This document shows, piece after piece, positions 24,459-32,291 of a DNA stretch of 35,714 bases. Position numbers and translations under genes: made by a program. The stretch covers positions 1 through 35,714 of the forward strand of contig JANNFV010000614.1 in NCBI GenBank assembly GCA_031380285.1, given 5' to 3'. Source of the stretch: Hyphomicrobiales bacterium. Lineage in GTDB: Bacteria; Pseudomonadota; Alphaproteobacteria; Rhizobiales; Beijerinckiaceae. Each line of letters opens with the position of its first letter. Within the stretch, counting starts at the first letter, position 1. The notes below the pieces were generated by a model. That model saw nothing but the letters and a program-made list of their open reading frames with translations, had not been told where the DNA came from and ran no database searches.

Positions 24459-26174
24459 GTGCAGGTGAATGTCGATACGAAGCCAATGAATGCGACCCTT
24501 TCCCGTTTGGCCGTGGCGATGCTGGCCTTTCTGATGTTCGTCGGCATGGCATCGACACTGAGGGCGCATGAAGGGCACGATCACGGTGCGCCGCCGACGC
24601 CGGTCTCCACCACCATCGCGCCGCGCGTCGACGCCTCCTCCACGACATTCGAGCTGATCGCCGTCCTCCGCAACAACGCGCTCACGATTTTTGTCGACCG
24701 GTTCGTGACCAATGAACCGGTGACGGGCGCGCAGGTGGAAGTGGACACGCCGAAGGGCACGCTGACGGCCAGGGAAAACCCGGATGGAACCTACACGGTG
24801 CCAGCGCAGTGGGTGACCAACGGCGGGTCGTATGACCTGATCTTCACGGTGACTGCCGGAAATGACATCGATGTCCTGACCGGCACATTGAAGCTTCCCG
24901 CCGATGAAACGCCCGCCCAGGTCGGCATCAGGACATCCTGGCTCTTCGCCACCGCAGTTGCGAGCGGTGTGCGGGAGAGGATTGTCTCCTACGATCCGAC
25001 GCTGCCAGCCGTCGGCATCCTCGCGTTCCTCGCGGGTATGTTTGTGATGCGGCGGCGGCGCAAGGGCGACATCAATTCCCCTGCCGCAATCCTATGCGCC
25101 ATGGCTGTGTTGTTCGGCCCCAACGATGCAAAGGCCGACAGCGCGCCGCCGAAGGCTCCGGCCGTATCGCAAGCCGCCGTCGACCTCGCGCAGCGGTTTC
25201 CCGATGGCGCGGTGTTCGTGCCGAAGACCACGCAGCGCATCCTCGCGGTCCGCACCATCATGGCGAAGCCCGAGGAGCATCGCCGGTCAATCGCCTTGGC
25301 GGGTCGGGTCATCTCCGATCCGTCTGCGAGCGGTTCGGTGCAGACCTCCGTGATAGGCCGTTTGTCGCCGCCGCCAGGCGGATTCCCGCGGCTGGGACAG
25401 CGGGTGAAGACCGGCGACACGCTGGCGCTGGTGCAGCCCGCGCTTGGCGCCGCCGACATCACGAGCCAGCAGCAGCAGGCCCGCGAGCTCGACCAGCAGC
25501 TGGCGCTGGTGCAGCGGCGCCTGGAGCGGCTGCGCCCCATCGCCAACGTCGTCGCGCGCTCCCAGATCGAGGATGCCGAACTGGAGCTGCGCGGACTGGA
25601 GAACCGCAGGGTGAGCCTGGAACGCGCGCAGAAGCGGGAACCCGAGCGCCTGACCGCTCCGGTCGACGGCGTCATCGCCTCGGCTGCCGCGACCCCCGGG
25701 CAGGTCGTCGAGGTGAACGCCATGATCTTCCAGATCGTCAATCCAGACCGGCTCTGGATCGAGGCGTTGACGTTCGATGCGATCGCCGGGGCGCGATCCG
25801 CCACAGCTCGGCTCAACGATGGCCGTGTCCTGAAGCTGGATTACCGAGGCACAGGCTTCGCTGACCGCAATCAGGCGATCCCGATCCACTTCGCCCTGGA
25901 CGAAGGCGCGCGCGGCCTGCGCATGGGGCAGCTGATGACCGTGCTCGCGGAGACCGAGGAGTCGAAGACCGGTATCGCCCTTCCGCGCACCGCTCTCGTG
26001 CGCGCAGGCAACGGGCAGATGATCGTCTACGAGCATGCCAACACCGAGCGCTTCGTGCCGCGCGAGGTGCGCGTCGAGCCGCTCGACGGCGACCGTGTGC
26101 TGGTCATCTCCGGCCTCGATCCCGGCAAGCGGATCGTGACGCAGGGCGTCGAACTCCTCAACCAGATCCGCTGA
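24459..26174 (+). CDS. efflux RND periplasmic adaptor (MFP, CusB/CzcB-like) fused to an N-terminal His-motif periplasmic module
   Basis: The C-terminal ~340 aa read as a canonical adaptor (LTAPVDGVIASAAATPGQVV, coiled-coil QQQARELDQQLALVQRRLERL, IALPRTALVRAGNGQMIVYE, ISGLDPGKRIVTQGVELL). The N-terminal ~205 aa contain a signal peptide, HEGHDHG, a beta-rich domain and a TM segment. GTG 24459 follows GGGAG. ATG 24486 is an alternative start. Confidence 0.9.
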   Translation: MQVNVDTKPMNATLSRLAVAMLAFLMFVGMASTLRAHEGHDHGAPPTPVSTTIAPRVDASSTTFELIAVLRNNALTIFVDRFVTNEPVTGAQVEVDTPKGTLTARENPDGTYTVPAQWVTNGGSYDLIFTVTAGNDIDVLTGTLKLPADETPAQVGIRTSWLFATAVASGVRERIVSYDPTLPAVGILAFLAGMFVMRRRRKGDINSPAAILCAMAVLFGPNDAKADSAPPKAPAVSQAAVDLAQRFPDGAVFVPKTTQRILAVRTIMAKPEEHRRSIALAGRVISDPSASGSVQTSVIGRLSPPPGGFPRLGQRVKTGDTLALVQPALGAADITSQQQQARELDQQLALVQRRLERLRPIANVVARSQIEDAELELRGLENRRVSLERAQKREPERLTAPVDGVIASAAATPGQVVEVNAMIFQIVNPDRLWIEALTFDAIAGARSATARLNDGRVLKLDYRGTGFADRNQAIPIHFALDEGARGLRMGQLMTVLAETEESKTGIALPRTALVRAGNGQMIVYEHANTERFVPREVRVEPLDGDRVLVISGLDPGKRIVTQGVELLNQIR

Positions 26175-26180
26175 CGCCAG

Positions 26181-29100
26181 ATGTTCAACTTCCTCGTCAC
26201 GCAATCCCTCAAGAACAGGCTTCTCGTCCTGGCGCTTGCCGCCGTGTTGGTCATCTTCGGGGGCTTCACCATCACCAAACTCCCTGTCGATGTGTTCCCG
26301 GACCTCAACAAGCCGACCGTCACGATCATGACGGAATCGGAAGGTCTCGCCCCGCCCGAGGTCGAGCAACTCGTCACCTTTCCCATCGAGACGCAGATGA
26401 ACGGCCTGCCGGGCGTGACCCGCGTGCGCTCCGTTTCGGGCGTCGGCCTCTCCATCGTCTATGTCGAGTTCGACTGGGGCACCGACATCTATCGCAACCG
26501 GCAGCAGATCGCCGAGCGGCTGTCGCTGATCCGCGACCGGTTGCCTGCAACCGTCACGCCGCAGATGGGACCGATCAATTCGATCATGGGCCAGATCGTG
26601 CTGGCCGCCATGACCGCACCCGAGAACGTCTCGGCCATGGAGCTGCGCGAGATCGCCGATTTCGTGATCCGTCCGCGCCTGCTGACCATCCCGGGCGTGG
26701 CGCAGGTCATCCCCATCGGCGGCGAGGTCCGGCAATACCGCGTCGCGCCCAACCCCTCCGCCATGCGCGCGCTCGGCGTCACGCAGGCGCAGATCGAGAT
26801 GGCGCTTGCCCAGTTCGGCTCCAACACCGGCGGCGGCTTCACCGACCAGTACAGCCGCGAATTCCTGATCCGCAACATCGGCAAGACGATGCGGCTGGAG
26901 GATCTGGAGTCGATCACCGTCGCGAATGTCAACGCCCGCCCGGTCTATCTGCGCCAGGTGGCGGAGGTCGGCTTCGGCGCGCGGCTCAAGCGCGGCGATG
27001 CCGGCTACATGGGCCGATCCTCCGTCATCCTCTCCGTCGAGAAGCAGCCCGACATCGATACGATCGCGCTGACAAGGGCGGTCGAGGCCGCGCTCAAGGA
27101 CCTCAGCGCCACGCTGGGCCGCGGCATCAAGGTGGACAACATCCTGTTCCGGCAGGCCACCTTCATCGAGACATCGGTCAAGAACGTGCGGAACGTGCTG
27201 CTGGAGGCGGTGGCCGTCGTCGCCATCGTGCTCTTCGCATTCCTCTTGAACGTCCGCACCACCGCGATCTCGCTCACCGCCATCCCGGTCTCGATCCTCG
27301 CCACGGCGATCGTGTTCTGGTGGATGGGCTTGTCCATCAACACCATGACGCTGGGCGGCCTCGCCATCGCCATCGGCGAGCTGGTAGACGATGCCGTGGT
27401 CGATGTGGAGAACATCTTCCGGCGGCTCCGCGAGAACCGCGAAGCCGGCAATCCGCGCTCCGTGTTCGACGTGGTGGTGGGCGCCAGCCAGGAAGTCCGC
27501 TCCGGCATCGTCTACGCCACGATGATCATCATCCTCGTCTTCGTGCCACTCTTCGCGCTGACGGGGATCGAGGGGCGTCTGTTCGCGCCGCTCGGCAAGG
27601 CCTACATCATCTCGATCCTGATGAGCCTCGTGGTCTCGATCACGCTGACGCCGGTGATGGCCTATTACATGCTGCCGTCGCTCAAGCGGCTCGACGCGCA
27701 CGAGGGCTGGCTGGTGCGTCAACTCAAGGGCGGCAACCGTGCGTTGCTCGGCTGGTCCTTCCGCCATCCCAGGACGCTGATGGCGGGCGCGCTGGCGGGC
27801 GTGCTTGCGGCCGGTGCCGCCGCGACGCAGCTGCCGCGCGCCTTCCTGCCGCCGTTCAACGAGGGCAGCTTCACCATCAACCTGCTCTTCAATCCGGGCA
27901 TCTCGCTGGCCGAGAGCCACCGCGTCGGCCTCATCGCCGAACGGCTGATGATGCAGATCCCCGAAGTGCGCCAGGTCGGCCGCCGCACGGGCCGCGCCGA
28001 ACTCGACGAGCACGCCGAGGGCGTCCATGCATCCGAGATCGACGTCGATCTGAAGCCGTCCGCGCGAACGAAGGACGAGATCATCGCGGACATCCGCAAC
28101 AAGCTCGCCGTCCTGCCGGTGGCGACCAACATCGGCCAGCCGATCTCGCACCGGCTCGACCACATGCTGTCGGGCGTGCGCGCCCAGATCGCGCTCAAGA
28201 TCTACGGCGAGGACCTCGACACGCTGCGCCGCGTCGCGGCCGAGTTCCGCGACAGGATGGCCGCCGTGCCAGGCGTCGTCGACCTGCAAGTCGAGAAGCA
28301 GGTGCGCATCCCTCAGCTCGAGATCACCGTCGACTATGAGCGCGCCGCGCTGTTCGGCCTGCAGCCCGCCGCCATCACCGAGGCGCTGGAGCGGCTTTCC
28401 AACGGACGGGTCGTCTCAAGGCTCGTCGACGGTAACCGGCGCTTCGACGTGGTGATGCGCCTGCCGGACAGCTTGAGGACGACGCAGGCGCTGGCGGACA
28501 TGCTGATCGAGACGCCGCTGGGCTGGGTGCCGGTGCGCCAGCTCGCCGATGTGCAGGAGACGGACGGACCCAACCAGATCCTGCGCGAGAACGGCAAGCG
28601 CCGTATCGTGGTGCTGGCCAACAGCGACGGCAGAACGGACATGGCGAAGATCGTCGCCGATATCCGTGGGCTGGTGGCGCAGTCGCAGTTGCCGCAGGGC
28701 TATTTCACCAGCTTCGAGGGCACGTTCCAGGCGCAGGAGGAGGCGACGCGCACCATCGGCCTCCTTTCCATGCTCTCGCTCGCCATGGTCTTCGCCATCC
28801 TCTACAGCCGCTATCGTTCGACGCTTTTCGCTCTCATCATCATGGGCTCGGTGCCGCTGGCGCTCATCGGTTCGGTCGCGGCGCTCTGGTCGTCGGGACA
28901 ACCGCTGTCCGTCGCCTCCATGATCGGGTTCATCACGCTCACCGGCATCGCGGCGCGCAACGGCATCCTCAAGGTCAGCCACTACATCAACCTGGCGATC
29001 CACGAGGGCATGCCGTTCGGCCAAGACAGCGATTTCAGGGCGCTTGTCATGCGCGGCTCGCTCGAGCGGCTGACGCCGGTGCTGATGACGGCGCTCTCGG

Positions 29101-29351
29101 CCGGCGTCGCGCTCATCCCGCTGATGATCGACGCCGGCGCGCCCGGCAAGGAGATCCTGCATCCCGTCGCCATCACCATCTTCGGCGGTCTGGTCAGCGC
29201 CACGCTGCTCGACACGTTCCTGACGCCGGTCCTGTTCCTGCGCTACGGCCGCAAGCCGCTGCAGCGCCTGATCGACGGGGTGAAAGCCGAGCAGGCGGCG
29301 GCTGCCGCCAAGACCCCCGGACAAACCCTGAAACCCATCGAAGCCTTCTGA
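26181..29351 (+). CDS. heavy-metal efflux RND transporter (CusA/CzcA family)
   Basis: It is 1056 aa. The N-terminus is MFNFLVTQSLKNRLLVLALAAVLVIFGG...PVDVFPDLNKPTVTIMTE. The TM4 motif is AIGELVDDAVVDVEN. The start lies 6 nt after the adaptor stop codon. Confidence 0.95.
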   Translation: MFNFLVTQSLKNRLLVLALAAVLVIFGGFTITKLPVDVFPDLNKPTVTIMTESEGLAPPEVEQLVTFPIETQMNGLPGVTRVRSVSGVGLSIVYVEFDWGTDIYRNRQQIAERLSLIRDRLPATVTPQMGPINSIMGQIVLAAMTAPENVSAMELREIADFVIRPRLLTIPGVAQVIPIGGEVRQYRVAPNPSAMRALGVTQAQIEMALAQFGSNTGGGFTDQYSREFLIRNIGKTMRLEDLESITVANVNARPVYLRQVAEVGFGARLKRGDAGYMGRSSVILSVEKQPDIDTIALTRAVEAALKDLSATLGRGIKVDNILFRQATFIETSVKNVRNVLLEAVAVVAIVLFAFLLNVRTTAISLTAIPVSILATAIVFWWMGLSINTMTLGGLAIAIGELVDDAVVDVENIFRRLRENREAGNPRSVFDVVVGASQEVRSGIVYATMIIILVFVPLFALTGIEGRLFAPLGKAYIISILMSLVVSITLTPVMAYYMLPSLKRLDAHEGWLVRQLKGGNRALLGWSFRHPRTLMAGALAGVLAAGAAATQLPRAFLPPFNEGSFTINLLFNPGISLAESHRVGLIAERLMMQIPEVRQVGRRTGRAELDEHAEGVHASEIDVDLKPSARTKDEIIADIRNKLAVLPVATNIGQPISHRLDHMLSGVRAQIALKIYGEDLDTLRRVAAEFRDRMAAVPGVVDLQVEKQVRIPQLEITVDYERAALFGLQPAAITEALERLSNGRVVSRLVDGNRRFDVVMRLPDSLRTTQALADMLIETPLGWVPVRQLADVQETDGPNQILRENGKRRIVVLANSDGRTDMAKIVADIRGLVAQSQLPQGYFTSFEGTFQAQEEATRTIGLLSMLSLAMVFAILYSRYRSTLFALIIMGSVPLALIGSVAALWSSGQPLSVASMIGFITLTGIAARNGILKVSHYINLAIHEGMPFGQDSDFRALVMRGSLERLTPVLMTALSAGVALIPLMIDAGAPGKEILHPVAITIFGGLVSATLLDTFLTPVLFLRYGRKPLQRLIDGVKAEQAAAAAKTPGQTLKPIEAF

Positions 29352-29375
29352 CACGCCCCCGAGAGGACCCCAGTC

Positions 29376-29741
29376 ATGCGCGCCGTATCCCTTGCTTTCG
29401 CCCTGTCGCTGCTTGCCGCTCCGTCATTCGCCCATGAACCCCGCAAGGGTCCGAATGGCGGCGATCTCGTCGACGCGGGCAGCTACCACATCGAAGTCAT
29501 CGGCCGTGGGACCATTATCGAAGTGCTTGTCAGCGACGCTACGGACAGGCCGCTCCCCGCCACAGGATTCAAGGCGGTCGCCATCGTTGTGGTTGATGGC
29601 AAGACGCAGCGCATCGTGCTGGCGCCGACGGCCGATGGCCAGAGGCTCATCGGTACGGCTCCTGCCGCACTGACCTCGATCAAGGGTGCCGTTCAGCTGA
29701 CTGACAAGGAAGGAAAGACCGGCACAGGGCGCGTGAACTGA
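29376..29741 (+). CDS. small periplasmic protein, paralogue of the adaptor N-terminal module (function unknown; putative metal-binding)
   Basis: The signal peptide is MRAVSLAFALSLLAAPSFA and the mature N-terminus is HEPRKGPNGG. LVDAGSYHIEVIGRGTIIEVLVSD aligns with RVDASSTTFELIAVLRNNALTIFVDR of the adaptor. A GAGAGGA Shine-Dalgarno sequence is present. Confidence 0.8.
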   Translation: MRAVSLAFALSLLAAPSFAHEPRKGPNGGDLVDAGSYHIEVIGRGTIIEVLVSDATDRPLPATGFKAVAIVVVDGKTQRIVLAPTADGQRLIGTAPAALTSIKGAVQLTDKEGKTGTGRVN

Positions 29742-29805
29742 TCAACGGAACTGAACACCGCTGCAACGCGTTATCTTTCCAAAAGCGAACCCAAGGACCA
29801 TCGCC

Positions 29806-30480
29806 ATGAAAACAATCAGCAAAATCATTCTCGCCATGGCATGGCTCGGCGTCGCACCCGCTTTGGCCCAGCATCAGGGGCATCAGATGCCGATGCCGGG
29901 TGGCAGCGGCCAGATGATGCCTGGAATGAAGCCCCAATCCGCGATGCCGATGAATGAGGCCGCAAGGGCCTTCGCTGAAGCCAATGCCCGCATGCACAAG
30001 GACATGACGATCCAGTTCTCCGGCAATGCGGACGTCGATTTCGCGCGCAGCATGATCCCGCATCACCAGGGCGCGATCGACATGTCCGAGATCGTCCTGA
30101 AGCATGGGAGCGATCCGTCCGTCCGCAAGCTCGCCAATGCGGTCATTGCGGCGCAAAAGATGGAGATCGCGCAGATGCAGGCCTGGCTGGGGAAAAACGC
30201 CTCGCTGCCTGCCGGGCCGGACGCCGCCGCAGCAGCCAAGGCCTTCACCGATGTCAATGCCCGGATGCACGCGACCATGATGATGACCTCCTCTGGCAAG
30301 GCGGACATCGATTTCATGAAGGGCATGATCCCGCACCACGAGGGTGCAGTGGACATGGCCAAGGTGCTGCTGCAGTTCGGCAAGGATCCGGAGTTGCGGA
30401 AACTGGCCGACGCCGTTATCCGCACCCAGAACGAGGAGATCACGATGATGCGCGATTGGCTCAGGAAGAACAGCGGCTGA
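29806..30480 (+). CDS. DUF305 family periplasmic protein with a Met/His-rich N-terminal region
   Basis: A signal peptide is followed by QHQGHQMPMPGGSGQMMPGMKPQSAMPM. Two internal repeats follow, each with the DUF305 hallmark (DVDFARSMIPHHQGAIDM and DIDFMKGMIPHHEGAVDM). Confidence 0.88.
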   Translation: MKTISKIILAMAWLGVAPALAQHQGHQMPMPGGSGQMMPGMKPQSAMPMNEAARAFAEANARMHKDMTIQFSGNADVDFARSMIPHHQGAIDMSEIVLKHGSDPSVRKLANAVIAAQKMEIAQMQAWLGKNASLPAGPDAAAAAKAFTDVNARMHATMMMTSSGKADIDFMKGMIPHHEGAVDMAKVLLQFGKDPELRKLADAVIRTQNEEITMMRDWLRKNSG

Positions 30481-30493
30481 GGATCATCGTGCA

Positions 30494-31876
30494 ATGACAA
30501 TTGGGATGTCGATCGGGCTCCTTGAGCCGCTGGGCGACCGGACCTACCGTCGGCTCTTCGCCGCGCAGGTCCTGTCGCTGCTTGGAACAGGCCTGACCAC
30601 GGTCGCGTTGGCGCTGCTCGCCTACCGGCTGGCGGGGCCCGAAGCCGGAGCGGTGCTCGGCACAGCGCTCGCGATCAAGATGATTGCCTATGTCGCGATC
30701 GCGCCGGTGGTGGGCGCGCATGCCGCTCGCTTTCCGCGGCGCGGCTTCCTGGTCGCCCTTGACCTTGTGCGCGCCGCGATCGTGCTTGCGTTGCCGTTCG
30801 TGACGCAAGTGTGGCAGATCTACGTGCTGATCTTCCTGCTGCAGTCCTGCTCGGCGGCCTTCACGCCGACGTTCCAGGCGACGATCCCCGATATCCTGCC
30901 GGACGAGAAGCGCTACACCCAGGCGCTTTCGCTCTCCCGGCTCGCCTACGACACCGAGGCGGTGGCGAGCCCGATGCTCGCGGCGGCGCTTCTGGCTGTC
31001 ATCCCGTTCCATTGGCTGTTCCTCGGCAACGTGGCGGGCTTCACTGCGTCGGCTTTTCTCGTCCTGTCGGTCGCCCTTCCCGCCGCCAGACCCGCCGTGA
31101 TGGCGCAAGGCGCTTGGGCGCGCACGACGCGCGGCATCTGGATCTACCTCGCGACGCCACGCCTCAGGGGCCTGCTCGCCCTCAACCTGGCGGTCGCGGC
31201 AGCGGGCGCCTTCGTCATCGTCAATACGGTCGTTCTCGTGCGCGGCCCCCTTGGCGGCGACGAAGGCTCGGTCGCGCTGCTGATGGCGGCCTATGGCGCA
31301 GGTTCCATGGCGGCGGCGCTGCTGCTGCCGCGGCTTCTCGACCGGATCGCGGAGCGGCGGCTGATGCTGTCGGGCGCAGCGCTCCTGCTCGCGGGCCTGG
31401 CGATCGTGGCGAGCGGACCGGGCTGGTGGCTGGCGGTCGTGCTCTGGCTGGGCATGGGGTTCGGCTCGTCGCTCGTGCAAACCCCTGGTGGAAGGCTTTT
31501 GCGCCGGTCGTCCCATGCCGAGGATCGCCCGGCGCTGTTTGCCGCCCAGTTCTCGCTGTCGCACGCCTGCTGGCTCGTGACGTATCCATTGGCGGGCTGG
31601 GCGGGTGCGCGCTTCGGGCTGCCTGCGACGGCGCTTATCCTCGTTGTGATCGGCGCGGCCGGCATGGTGCTGGCGGTTTCCGCATGGCCCGCTGATGACC
31701 CGGACGTCGTCGCCCATCATCATGATCGGATCGTGCACAGACATGGCGCTGGCGACGAAGCGCACCATGCAACCGCCATTGCCGCGCCAGACGGATCGCA
31801 CGCGCATGGGCCGCTGGAACATGCCCATGCCTTCGTCATCGACGATCACCATCCGCACTGGCCTGCACGCATCTGA
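30494..31876 (+). CDS. MFS transporter, NreB/NrsD-like, with a His-rich C-terminal tail
   Basis: Twelve hydrophobic segments are visible. The N-terminus LGDRTYRRLFAAQVLSLLGTGLTTVALALLAY reads as the EntS/NreB-type MFS family. The last 61 residues contain 14 His. Confidence 0.9.
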   Translation: MTIGMSIGLLEPLGDRTYRRLFAAQVLSLLGTGLTTVALALLAYRLAGPEAGAVLGTALAIKMIAYVAIAPVVGAHAARFPRRGFLVALDLVRAAIVLALPFVTQVWQIYVLIFLLQSCSAAFTPTFQATIPDILPDEKRYTQALSLSRLAYDTEAVASPMLAAALLAVIPFHWLFLGNVAGFTASAFLVLSVALPAARPAVMAQGAWARTTRGIWIYLATPRLRGLLALNLAVAAAGAFVIVNTVVLVRGPLGGDEGSVALLMAAYGAGSMAAALLLPRLLDRIAERRLMLSGAALLLAGLAIVASGPGWWLAVVLWLGMGFGSSLVQTPGGRLLRRSSHAEDRPALFAAQFSLSHACWLVTYPLAGWAGARFGLPATALILVVIGAAGMVLAVSAWPADDPDVVAHHHDRIVHRHGAGDEAHHATAIAAPDGSHAHGPLEHAHAFVIDDHHPHWPARI

Positions 31877-31936
31877 TCCCGCGTGGACAATATTTTCTGT
31901 CGGCATCGTGCGACCCCAAGAGCACGACGTGTCTCG

Positions 31937-32047
31937 ACGGAAACACGTCATGGCCGCGCTTGACGCGTCCATCCACGTCGGTGGGCCGCAGGAAGACGTG
32001 GATGGACGGGTCAAGCCCGTCCAAGACGACGTGGCACTGTTTCCGTC
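31937..32047. repeat. REP-like long imperfect palindrome (Rhizobiales intergenic repeat type)
   Basis: The outer arms are GACGGAAACA (31937..31946) and TGTTTCCGTC (32038..32047). The inner arms are CGTCCATCCACGTC and GACGTGGATGGACG. It translates to the familiar VDGRVKP-type pseudo-peptide and lies just after the MFS stop codon. Confidence 0.7.
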
Positions 32048-32291
32048 AAAAAACGTCATGCTTTAGCGAATGTCCGCTTGCGGCGCGGCTTGGAAACCTA
32101 CGAAAGTCCGACAAGGGTCTTGGTTGTGTCAAAACGCGTTGGCCCCCAATGGCAAGGGTACGATGAACGGTCTGGCGAACGCTGGCGTTGGGGAGAGGCC
32201 TTTCTCAATTGCTGGAAGGTCGAAGGCGACTTGAAGGGCAGGGGAGCCACTGGCTTGCAGCATGCCTCCGATTTTCGCCGCTTTTGAACGG

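Noticed and set aside
25287-28289. 1000-aa ORF on the minus strand, the longest non-annotated ORF in the window
   Set aside because: It lies antisense to the adaptor and RND pump genes. The translation is a monotonous Arg/Asp/Gly/His/Ala-rich string with no TM segments or motifs. The plus strand encodes a textbook RND pump. The long open frame is the usual by-product of GC-rich third codon positions.
30461-32059. 532-aa minus-strand ORF opposite the MFS gene
   Set aside because: The translation is Arg-rich and repetitive (RRRR, RDR runs) and runs through the REP-like element. The plus strand encodes a coherent 12-TM transporter.
31695-32066. ORFs 31695..32066 (+) and 31836..32024 (-) after the MFS gene
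   Set aside because: They are produced by the REP-like palindrome and the His-rich tail region read in other frames. The VDGRVKP-type peptide is the well-known pseudo-translation of this repeat family.
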